From a virus: DNA of 52,836 bases. Under the pieces are notes generated by a model that searched no databases, was not told the DNA's origin, and saw only the letters and a list, made by a program, of their open reading frames with translations. Where the stretch lies: IMG/VR virus record IMGVR_UViG_3300025738_000002. One strand, given 5' to 3'. Of this stretch, positions 18,316-26,630 are shown in pieces; the stretch's first letter is position 1; each line of letters starts with the position of its first letter. The position numbers and the translations under genes were made by a program.

Positions 18316-20334
18316 ATGTCAGATAGAAGAACATCAAAAATCACGCAAGTTGAACACAATGTAAAAGTAAAAAACACAACTCAAAGAGTGACAAAAGTAA
18401 AGCACGGAGTATTTCAAGGCGCTACTGTAGAGGATGTTTCTTATGATTCAGATGGCCGACTAATAGAAGCTAAAACAAGTGGTCCGACAGTAATAAATAT
18501 CAACCCTAATGAAGTCCCTCTATCTCGTAACGAAGGCCAAGTGATGAGCGTTGACGCTTCTAACAACTTGGTGTTCATTGATAGTTCGTCAGGGATAGTA
18601 GTTCAGGATGTGTCTTACGACGCCAGTGGCCGACTAGTTGAAAGCAAAACAGGACAGCCACCTATAGTGAACATCAACCCTAACGAGGTTCCGCTTACCA
18701 GAACTGACGGGCAAGTACTAAGTGTTGACGGCACTGACAGTTTAATTTTTATAGACCCCCCGTCTGGCGGCGGTGGTTCTGCTGTTAACCTTAGTGGTGA
18801 TACAGAGGTATATCGTGGCGCAACTAACTACTGGACGATTACCAACTTAGATTCTTTTTCTAATTATACTCTTACTACCCCAAATAATGTTACAGGGTCT
18901 ATCAATGGTAATTTATTACTTATGGTTGTAGACGTTGCTTTTACTGGATCAGATCTTATATTCATAGTCAGTAAGAATGGCGAAGATTCAGAGTTCACAG
19001 CGACAGTAATTGATGAGGGGATTGTTGTTCCGATTATTACAAATCCCACAGCCAATGAAGAGATTGTAGACACAACACCATTAATTCGTGCGACTGGATT
19101 TCAGGCAGTCCCTGATGGGCGAGTCGTTCACACAAGTTCCCAATTTCAAATATCAGAGACAATTGATTTCGCTGTTATCCGTGATGATTCAGGTGTGCTG
19201 CCACCTATATCTGTATGGGACACAGGTATAGCGGGTATCACGCCGCTTGAGGCAGGTAAAGTTTACTTTGTTCGGGTTCGGTACACGGGGACAACGTTAA
19301 GAACCCGTGCAGTTATCACGACAGACTGGTCGCCTATTCATGGATTCAGTATATTCCAAATAGGCGTCCAATCATGGAAGCAACGAGCCGCCGCTCAAAA
19401 TACAGTATCTTCATCAAGATTTACAAAACACGTAGCTATATCTAAAGACTTTAGAACCATAATTGCTATGGAGGTTCACGCAACTGGATCTTCAATAGGG
19501 ACCCTAAAGGTTTTCCGTGATGGCTTGCTAAATAAAGAGGTAAGCATTACAGCGGAGGGGTATCGAGCTAGGTTCACGGATAATTCTGGTATTGAGTCTA
19601 TGGTGACAGATGACGAGATAATACTTGTAGGTGGTTCATCAAACACAGACTCAAACAGCGGCGCTAGATGCGCTGCATTTGCTGCCACATTAAGCCTAAA
19701 GACATTCGACATAAACATCCAGCAATATACAGAAGATGCAACGCCATCATCCAGAACGGATATGGTGAGCTATTTTACTAATGGTGTTGATGAGTATGGG
19801 ACTGGGTTTATAGTTGGCTTTGTTCCTCAGTCTGGTTCGGGAGCCGGTGCAAGAGCTTACTTCTATGACTTGTCTACTCGCGTATGGTCGTACATTGACC
19901 CGCAAGCAGGGTCAAGTACATACTCAAGATTAAGAGCAACGCTTAGAACTGAGTCAGGAATGCTTGAAGTCACAGGGGATGGTACTAGATCATACTTCTA
20001 CGGCATGGGGCATAGAGTGGGTGAGACTTATGACAACCCATGCATTAACTTCATAGCTCCGACCCTAGATACAAGATACTCAAAAGCCGTAGGCGTTGGT
20101 GAGGGTATTGTCGTGATCGGCAGTAACTCTAGTGGCGTTACACACCCTCAATATTTACCTAAGCCAAATATAGGCGATACTGGGATTTGGATTCCTCTAA
20201 ATATACCAATCGACACTATCTCAGGCTCTACTGCTGGATGTTTTTCATATGACTATAGCAGAAACGCGCTTATTTATTCATATCAAGACACCGTAAACAA
20301 CATACTTCAAGTATGGGAGTTAAGCGGTGGATAG
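18316..20334 (+). CDS. Fibre/tail-spike-like structural protein with an N-terminal 58-aa tandem repeat
   Basis: Residues 38-93 and 96-151 are clear repeats (V[EQ]DVSYD.SGRL[IV]E.KT....NINPNEVPL.R..GQV.SVD). A GGGGS linker follows. Confidence 0.55.
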   Translation: MSDRRTSKITQVEHNVKVKNTTQRVTKVKHGVFQGATVEDVSYDSDGRLIEAKTSGPTVININPNEVPLSRNEGQVMSVDASNNLVFIDSSSGIVVQDVSYDASGRLVESKTGQPPIVNINPNEVPLTRTDGQVLSVDGTDSLIFIDPPSGGGGSAVNLSGDTEVYRGATNYWTITNLDSFSNYTLTTPNNVTGSINGNLLLMVVDVAFTGSDLIFIVSKNGEDSEFTATVIDEGIVVPIITNPTANEEIVDTTPLIRATGFQAVPDGRVVHTSSQFQISETIDFAVIRDDSGVLPPISVWDTGIAGITPLEAGKVYFVRVRYTGTTLRTRAVITTDWSPIHGFSIFQIGVQSWKQRAAAQNTVSSSRFTKHVAISKDFRTIIAMEVHATGSSIGTLKVFRDGLLNKEVSITAEGYRARFTDNSGIESMVTDDEIILVGGSSNTDSNSGARCAAFAATLSLKTFDINIQQYTEDATPSSRTDMVSYFTNGVDEYGTGFIVGFVPQSGSGAGARAYFYDLSTRVWSYIDPQAGSSTYSRLRATLRTESGMLEVTGDGTRSYFYGMGHRVGETYDNPCINFIAPTLDTRYSKAVGVGEGIVVIGSNSSGVTHPQYLPKPNIGDTGIWIPLNIPIDTISGSTAGCFSYDYSRNALIYSYQDTVNNILQVWELSGG

Positions 20335-20369
20335 CACGAAGCTTAACTAACCATAAAATAAAAAATAAC

Positions 20370-20396
20370 AGCCTCGCTATATGCGGGGCTTTTTTA
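20370..20396 (+). terminator. Terminator AGCCTCGC-TATAT-GCGGGGCT followed by T6
   Basis: An 8-bp stem (one G-U pair) and T-run. Confidence 0.7.
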
Positions 20397-20415
20397 TATC
20401 TGAAATTTAAGGAAT
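20391..20415 (+). promoter_or_regulatory. Shared 25-nt leader TTTTTATATCTGAAATTTAAGGAAT, copy 2
   Basis: Exact match to 1068-1092. The SD lies 6 nt upstream of ATG 20420. Confidence 0.6.
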
Positions 20416-20419
20416 TCAA

Positions 20420-20728
20420 ATGGCGAATATACGCGAACACAAATTTACAAACGCAGCCGGCTCATCAGAGCAAGTTCAAATCGTTGACCGATCACCTACT
20501 GGCCGTGAGCAGCTATCAATTTTCGGGACGCTTGGCGGCGGCACGATATTCATTAAAAAGCAGCTCGTATTATCTGACGGAACAACAAGCAGCGTCACAG
20601 AGATAGCGGAATACAGCGACGAAATAAACATACAAATGGCCGTAGGCAAAGACAACAACATATTTGTCGAGGTTACAGGCATGAGCGTAGCAACAGACCT
20701 AATAGCAAAATCAACGCCACTTAACTAA
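20420..20728 (+). CDS. Hypothetical 102-aa protein, probably abundantly expressed (shares the capsid-gene leader)
   Basis: Upstream element is identical to that of the capsid gene. I recognise no domain. Confidence 0.5.
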   Translation: MANIREHKFTNAAGSSEQVQIVDRSPTGREQLSIFGTLGGGTIFIKKQLVLSDGTTSSVTEIAEYSDEINIQMAVGKDNNIFVEVTGMSVATDLIAKSTPLN

Positions 20729-20739
20729 GGAGTATAAAC

Positions 20740-23700
20740 ATGTTTGATAATACTATAAGCCCCGTTCTTGGTGGTTCTGGCGGCGGTGGTTCTGCCGTTC
20801 CTTTCGTACCTAGCGTTTCACCATTCACAGATGAAGCGGGCCGCGACACTTGGGGCGCAGCTAACCTAGACCAACTATTTAACAATACTAATAAGTTCAC
20901 GCAAATTGAAGTCGGTGTAGAGTCAGAGCGTTGGGGCGGTGAAGACATGCCTTCAACTTACGACGCTACAAAGTGGATACCGGCAAGCGTAGGCGATACC
21001 GCTGGAACGATCCGAAATAAATTAGAGTCGCTAGCCGGTGACAATCGCTTAGATGCAACAGCCATTAAAGATCTCGATGTATCAGCAAAAGGGTTACTTG
21101 CTAAAGTCTACGAGGTTGCACAAGCAGAAAAGCTTTCGCATGGTGATTCATTTTCAGAAAGCGGAGCTAACGATTTCATTAAGCAAATCGGGCTACCGGC
21201 TAGCTTTTCTACTGTGTCAACTAGACAAAAACCGATTTACTACAGCTCAGGCGGTAGCGTTGGTTTCTTTGGTGGCAATGGTGACGATCCAACAGATCCA
21301 GCATCGACATTAATGGAGATTGTAGTACCTAAAGAGTTCTTCACTAAGTCGCAAGAGATACGAATCACGTCTTCACGTTCTTCGGCAAACGAAACTAGAA
21401 AGATATGGGCTTACAATGGTGATGCGACAGCCGGTGGCACAGAGTTGCCTATAACGCTAGGCGAACAGGTTAACGCTACAACAAACTCTAGAACTCGTTA
21501 TTTTAATATCCCTGCAAGCTCTGATGATGTGCATATATACGTGTCACGACAGATCATTACAGATATCGCACTTCCTAATAAAGTAGCTCGCTGGGGTTCT
21601 ATTTTAGCCGGAACTAAATTAAGTGCGGCAACCGCATTTGCCGTAAGTGCTGCTAATTTTGCTCATGGTGAGACACTAAGTTTTGCAGACGCTGACTCAG
21701 GCATTCTAGGGATGGGACTAGGCGCTTCTTGGCGTAGAACAAATGATCGTATCGCTCCTAATGTTTATCATTCAAGCTCTAGATTTGGCGTGTATGGTGG
21801 TGCGGCCAATGCTGATGAAACCGGCGACGTTCAAATCATGGAAATCATAATCCCTGCATTTAGCTTGCAGCACGATATGGTTTTGGAGATGCACCGCGAA
21901 GCAGTATCAAGCGGTGTTAATGGCCAGAAAATAACAGTCTATTCAGGCGACCCAACAACGACAGGCGTTAAGCTAACACCTATACATGGTAATGAAGAAC
22001 ATACAGCTATAAACACTCAGTCAACAATTAGCTGGAACGTATCCACAACCCCAGATGCTGAAAGCTATATTTCTCAAGACTTGCATATCTGTATAGGTGG
22101 TCAAGTAGTTTATTCAATCGACATTTTAAAATCGACTCATGACGCAGCTACAGTTGATCATGTTGATGAATTGCGCGGCGGCCCACAGCCTGCAGCTTAT
22201 AGTACATCAACTACATACAATACAGATGACGAGGTGTTGCACTTAGGTTATTCGTGGACTTGTAAACAAAATGCCGTTACCGGTGTTTGGGATGCGACAA
22301 AGTGGGAGAAAGCGACAATACTAGATGCCGCTAAACACTTAAACTCTATTGATATCGAAGTAAATGAACTGCGCGGCTCATCTGAATATGACGTATATGA
22401 TGCAACTGCTACAGATTATAGCGCGGGTGATTTCGTACACGAACCAACGACAGGTAAGAACTGGAAGTCAAAGAACGCGATAACCTCCCCTGCCGGTGCG
22501 TTCGATTCATCACTTTGGTTTGAAGCGTCAGTAGAGTCAACAGTAAACCCAACGCAACACGTAGAGCTATTAGAGTCATTAGCCGGTGACAATCGCTTAG
22601 ATGCAACAGCCATTAAAGGCGTAACAAATGGATTACTCCCTAGGATTTACAATGTAGCTACGCGAGAAAGCTTGATTCATGAGCAGGACTTTTCGTATTC
22701 AGGAATGAATGAGTTTATTCAAGGCATGGGCGTCCCTGCCCGTTTCGATACTGCGCTTGGCCGTGTTCGCCCTCGATTTTACTCAGTAGATGGTGACATA
22801 GGGTTCACAACTGGTTACGGCGCTGATGACCCAACAGATCCGAACTTAGCATTTGTTGAAATACATATAGAGAATCAGTATTTTACTGAGGCCAATAAGT
22901 TCTACGCTACCGCTAAATCCACTTCTAGCAGCGGGGATCGTAGAATATGGGTGTTCAACGGTAATGCGACCACAGGCGGCACCGAGATAACTCCGTCATA
23001 TGGCAACAGTATCAATGAAGATGAAGTGAACTTCAAAACTGTAGTTTATGACATACCGAAAGACTGTGATGACCTATATATCTATGTAACACGACAAGTA
23101 ATAGTAGACTTGGGGTTCATTAATAAAGACGCTGTAATTGGCGACCTTACGCACAACAAGGTAGTTAAAGAGCAGAACCCTAATAACCGCTGGGTTAACT
23201 TGGCATCTTGGGATGCAATCGCAACAGGTACGGCGGATGCACTAACTGCCAGTCTAGTTATTTATGGTAAAAGCACCACTTCAAATCTTCTAATAGAGCT
23301 TCAACTAAGAGCTTATGCAGGCCGAGGTATAGATCATTTCGGTGGGCTGTCAGTAACCAATCGCGTATCTAACTTTCCAGAAGGTACAGCAGAAGAGTAT
23401 CGACTATTAAGAGAGTCATCAACAACCACTGATAAAGTCCATTTACAGTTCTTACTCGATATAGACGAGACATTCACTTGGACTATAGTTAATAGCTTAC
23501 CAGTTAAGTATGGTTCCGATGCGTCATTCGGCTCGCTCGATATACACACCCCTATCGCGGGTGAAGTAGTAATTAAGAAAATAGATGTATCAGGCTGGGT
23601 CGATGAGGATATATCAACCGGTGTTACTGGTGGTATCGAATGTGACTTCGTAGGCAACCCATCGGCAACTGGATCAAACATACAGTTTCATGATGACCGT

Positions 23701-25647
23701 GTAATTCATCGAGTGGGCCAGTCTAAGACGCTAGAAGCATTTGAGCATGGTTTGCTTGTATCAGGTTCTGCTACCACTACGCATGATTCACCAGCATATC
23801 GTTACGACAGTAGTGCCACTCCAAATATTAATATTATCGATACTGAGTTTGGCACTCTATCAATGGATGTGGACGAGGGCGCGACTGGCTGGGTTTCTGA
23901 TCTTCACCAGCATTTAGGTGGTGATACAGTGCCAGGATTTACCATGCCATCAGCGACCCCTAGAATGACATTTACAGTACCCGCTGTTACGTTACTTGTT
24001 CCTGATATAACAGCCACTCTTACGGTAGGTGTAACAACTAGTTTTGTCGCACAAGGTGCAGCTGGCGTAATAGAATTCCTTGATTCAAGCGATAACAGCT
24101 TGCAAGTAATCACTGTGAATCAACCAACAAACAAAGGGGAATACCAGCTAATAACTATCGACTACCCTACAGATGGAATCATTAAGGTTAAGCGTGGCGC
24201 TAGTGGTGGTGTATACATTGGTATTCTAAGCGCTTCATGGTCTTTAGTTCAACTACCGAAGAACAAGAGCGACCACTTGGTTTTAGATGTGCGATCTAAC
24301 ACTCGCGCCCTAGGCTTACCAAAAGCTATCGACTTTGGTGACAAGACGTTCGAAGAAGGCAACCTACGTGCAGACCCGTTAACAGGCCGAGCGCAGACAT
24401 ACGTTGCAGGTGGTTGGAACTATTTAGAATCAATACGCGCTGCTACAGTTATAGCCCCTTATTCTGCATCTTATTATGCGGATGTAGGCACGGGCCTTAT
24501 AGATGAGCAAGGCGACTGGGAGTTAAACGCCAGTGATACAGGCGGGCATGTAACGGTTGTAGAAAATCAGTATGGTTATGACCAACTTCTACACATCGTT
24601 GACAACACAACCGCATATCCGGTAGGGATTCATCACAACTTATCTAGTGAAGCTCAAGTGAATATGGGTACTAGAGGTTTCCGATGGGACTTTAGCGCTC
24701 GTATTGATGCAGGTAGCACAACTCAATACATCCAAGTGACTGATGATTTCAAAGGCACTGCAGGCCGTTGGTTGTTGTTCATGGCCGTTTCTGGTGATGA
24801 CTTGACGATTACTGCAGAGACAGGCGGTGGCACTGCTATTATACCTGCTTCTGCATTTCATACGTATAGCGTAATTCTTGGTGCTGGCGATACGGAAGCA
24901 AGGTTATATATTGACGGTGTTCAATCGTTTGGAATACCATTCAATACGGCAAGTTATACAACAAGTTTTATTATCCACTCGTCAGGATCAACATCGTCTG
25001 CCGATGAAGATTTTTGGATAAGAGATACAACTTTCTTCACTGCGACAAATAGCAGCAGAACATTTCATCGTGAGGATATAGAGGCGAGCATTCGCTTTAA
25101 CATCCCTACCATTCCCAATGAAGTCACCATGTACATGCCTAAAGGGACTTTTGCAGTAGGCACTCAATTCACTATTGTAAATGGCTCCAACCTCCCTGCT
25201 ACCCTTGAATCACAGGTGGGCGATATACACTTGTTCGAAGGTGAATCCTCAATCGAGGTGAATCCTAATAATGAACTTGTGTTTACGCAGTCAGCCTCAC
25301 CTCGCGGCTGTACTTGGACTACATTAGGCGGCCACCGGAAAACTACTGTGCATAGTATGGGCCATTCTTTACAGATGACCGTATCGTCTACAGGCGCATT
25401 GTTAAGTCGTCACGGGTCATACACAGGTAACATAAATATTGTCAAGCTTACAACTGGGCAGTATCAATTACAGGTTGGGTCTTTCGTCTTTGCTAATTCA
25501 AATTCGACTCTTATTCCCTCAGCGCATCATGGCAGTGTGGCCCATGTAGCTGTTGGTGATTACACTGGTGGTTATCCAGAAGTCAGAATATTTGACTTCT
25601 CAGCCGCTCAGGTAGATACCGATTTCACAGTAGCTTTATACTGGTAA
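20740..25647 (+). CDS. Giant (1635 aa) fibre/adhesin-like structural protein with internal module triplication, two CBM5/12-like repeats and a LamG-like C-terminal region
   Basis: RBS AAGGAG. Internal repeats were seen by eye (LESLAGDNRLDATAIK occurs twice). YSTSTTYNTDDEVLHLGYSWTCKQN...WDATKWEKA and YDATATDYSAGDFVHEPTTGKNWKSKN...SSLWFEA resemble chitin-binding type-3 repeats. FHTYSVILGAGDTEARLYIDGV is LamG-like. Confidence 0.7.
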   Translation: MFDNTISPVLGGSGGGGSAVPFVPSVSPFTDEAGRDTWGAANLDQLFNNTNKFTQIEVGVESERWGGEDMPSTYDATKWIPASVGDTAGTIRNKLESLAGDNRLDATAIKDLDVSAKGLLAKVYEVAQAEKLSHGDSFSESGANDFIKQIGLPASFSTVSTRQKPIYYSSGGSVGFFGGNGDDPTDPASTLMEIVVPKEFFTKSQEIRITSSRSSANETRKIWAYNGDATAGGTELPITLGEQVNATTNSRTRYFNIPASSDDVHIYVSRQIITDIALPNKVARWGSILAGTKLSAATAFAVSAANFAHGETLSFADADSGILGMGLGASWRRTNDRIAPNVYHSSSRFGVYGGAANADETGDVQIMEIIIPAFSLQHDMVLEMHREAVSSGVNGQKITVYSGDPTTTGVKLTPIHGNEEHTAINTQSTISWNVSTTPDAESYISQDLHICIGGQVVYSIDILKSTHDAATVDHVDELRGGPQPAAYSTSTTYNTDDEVLHLGYSWTCKQNAVTGVWDATKWEKATILDAAKHLNSIDIEVNELRGSSEYDVYDATATDYSAGDFVHEPTTGKNWKSKNAITSPAGAFDSSLWFEASVESTVNPTQHVELLESLAGDNRLDATAIKGVTNGLLPRIYNVATRESLIHEQDFSYSGMNEFIQGMGVPARFDTALGRVRPRFYSVDGDIGFTTGYGADDPTDPNLAFVEIHIENQYFTEANKFYATAKSTSSSGDRRIWVFNGNATTGGTEITPSYGNSINEDEVNFKTVVYDIPKDCDDLYIYVTRQVIVDLGFINKDAVIGDLTHNKVVKEQNPNNRWVNLASWDAIATGTADALTASLVIYGKSTTSNLLIELQLRAYAGRGIDHFGGLSVTNRVSNFPEGTAEEYRLLRESSTTTDKVHLQFLLDIDETFTWTIVNSLPVKYGSDASFGSLDIHTPIAGEVVIKKIDVSGWVDEDISTGVTGGIECDFVGNPSATGSNIQFHDDRVIHRVGQSKTLEAFEHGLLVSGSATTTHDSPAYRYDSSATPNINIIDTEFGTLSMDVDEGATGWVSDLHQHLGGDTVPGFTMPSATPRMTFTVPAVTLLVPDITATLTVGVTTSFVAQGAAGVIEFLDSSDNSLQVITVNQPTNKGEYQLITIDYPTDGIIKVKRGASGGVYIGILSASWSLVQLPKNKSDHLVLDVRSNTRALGLPKAIDFGDKTFEEGNLRADPLTGRAQTYVAGGWNYLESIRAATVIAPYSASYYADVGTGLIDEQGDWELNASDTGGHVTVVENQYGYDQLLHIVDNTTAYPVGIHHNLSSEAQVNMGTRGFRWDFSARIDAGSTTQYIQVTDDFKGTAGRWLLFMAVSGDDLTITAETGGGTAIIPASAFHTYSVILGAGDTEARLYIDGVQSFGIPFNTASYTTSFIIHSSGSTSSADEDFWIRDTTFFTATNSSRTFHREDIEASIRFNIPTIPNEVTMYMPKGTFAVGTQFTIVNGSNLPATLESQVGDIHLFEGESSIEVNPNNELVFTQSASPRGCTWTTLGGHRKTTVHSMGHSLQMTVSSTGALLSRHGSYTGNINIVKLTTGQYQLQVGSFVFANSNSTLIPSAHHGSVAHVAVGDYTGGYPEVRIFDFSAAQVDTDFTVALYW

Positions 25648-25652
25648 TAAAA

Positions 25653-25674
25653 AGCCCCGCTTCATTGCGGGGCT
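25653..25674. terminator. Bidirectional terminator AGCCCCGC-TTCATT-GCGGGGCT between convergent operons
   Basis: Perfect 8-bp stem. There is a T5 run on the minus side and a T-rich run on the plus side. Confidence 0.8.
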
Positions 25675-25681
25675 AATTTAT

Positions 25682-26098
25682 TTAAGAATAAGTTCTTGAT
25701 TCTATATACTTTTTAACTGGCTTATCTGATCCCGCATGGTACTCAGAGCAACCATCTTTTTCACGGTCAATAATTAAATTCCCTTCAACTTCCAAAGAAG
25801 CAAACCCAACCACTAGAAATATAAATACAGTTTGATCAACAACAACATCAGCTAGACCTACCGCGCATTTATTTTGCTCAATTGCATTATCGACAGCTTC
25901 TTTTACGTTTGGAGTCCCAATCGGGATTATAATAATTGGCACAGAGTCTTCATCTTTAACCCTGCCACCTACGACTAAACCATTTGATTTTAGATTCATA
26001 TTCTTACTTGACGCTATAGTTAAATCTGCAATTCTAGTGGTACAGCCAGATAAAGTTAAGGCAGAAATAACAGCAATGCAGGTTAGTAATTTTTTCAT
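25682..26098 (-). CDS. Lipoprotein (candidate receptor-masking / superinfection-exclusion moron)
   Basis: MKKLLTCIAVISALTLSGC is a signal peptide with lipobox LSGC. The gene is convergent with the last fibre gene. Confidence 0.8.
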   Translation of the reverse strand: MKKLLTCIAVISALTLSGCTTRIADLTIASSKNMNLKSNGLVVGGRVKDEDSVPIIIIPIGTPNVKEAVDNAIEQNKCAVGLADVVVDQTVFIFLVVGFASLEVEGNLIIDREKDGCSEYHAGSDKPVKKYIESRTYS

Positions 26099-26134
26099 TT
26101 TTTTCTCATTGTTTAGTTAATTAGTTTATAAATA

Positions 26135-26422
26135 TTAAAATTCGTAATCCACTTCTATATATTGTTCTACGCCACCATGTAACCTTTCGATTACATCATT
26201 ACGCCTATCGTTAAACAGCCCCATACAACACCCTGCCCCGAATGCCGGTGATACCTTAGAGCTAGGACATTTCATAATCTCTTCTGCAATTGAGCAGTTT
26301 GATTGCCCTTTATCATCAAAGACAACATACACGCACCCGTTATGATCATCAGCCTTCTTACCAAATCCGCAAGGTGATTTTAAGCAGCAAAAACCAGAGT
26401 TAACACATGCTTTAATCAGCAT
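26135..26422 (-). CDS. Cysteine-rich hypothetical protein (95 aa, 11 Cys)
   Basis: CC and C-x-C clusters (GFCCLKSPCGFG, GAGCCMG). Overlaps the upstream gene, as expected in an operon. Confidence 0.55.
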   Translation of the reverse strand: MLIKACVNSGFCCLKSPCGFGKKADDHNGCVYVVFDDKGQSNCSIAEEIMKCPSSKVSPAFGAGCCMGLFNDRRNDVIERLHGGVEQYIEVDYEF

Positions 26423-26630
26423 CAGACCACACGCCGCCTATTCTAGTTGAAAGCAACTTACCTTCCACTGCTGTCTCGCGAATATAAATAATAGTGTGCT
26501 TATTATCCGCATTACGAGCTGCTTTCGCTTTAGCCTTTGATAAGTTTTCCGCCTCGTAAAACTCATCAAATTCTAGCTTAACTTTGTTTTTAACTACTAT
26601 GTCGAATTCCATTATAGAAACCTCGCGCAA
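26412..26630 (-). CDS. Hypothetical protein (72 aa)
   Basis: Overlaps both neighbours (coupled). I recognise no domain. Confidence 0.5.
   Translation of the reverse strand: MREVSIMEFDIVVKNKVKLEFDEFYEAENLSKAKAKAARNADNKHTIIYIRETAVEGKLLSTRIGGVWSDAD

Noticed and set aside
20313-20606. 97-aa ORF spanning the end of gene 18316, the terminator and the start of gene 20420
   Set aside because: It reads through a strong terminator hairpin and overlaps a better-supported gene that has a proper SD. The translation is low-complexity.
21022-22618. The near-identical 49-nt pair as a template/variable repeat pair of a diversity-generating retroelement, or as invertible fibre segments
   Set aside because: No reverse transcriptase and no active invertase is encoded. 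The two copies are direct, in frame and within one gene. The two mismatches show no adenine-specific pattern that I can see.
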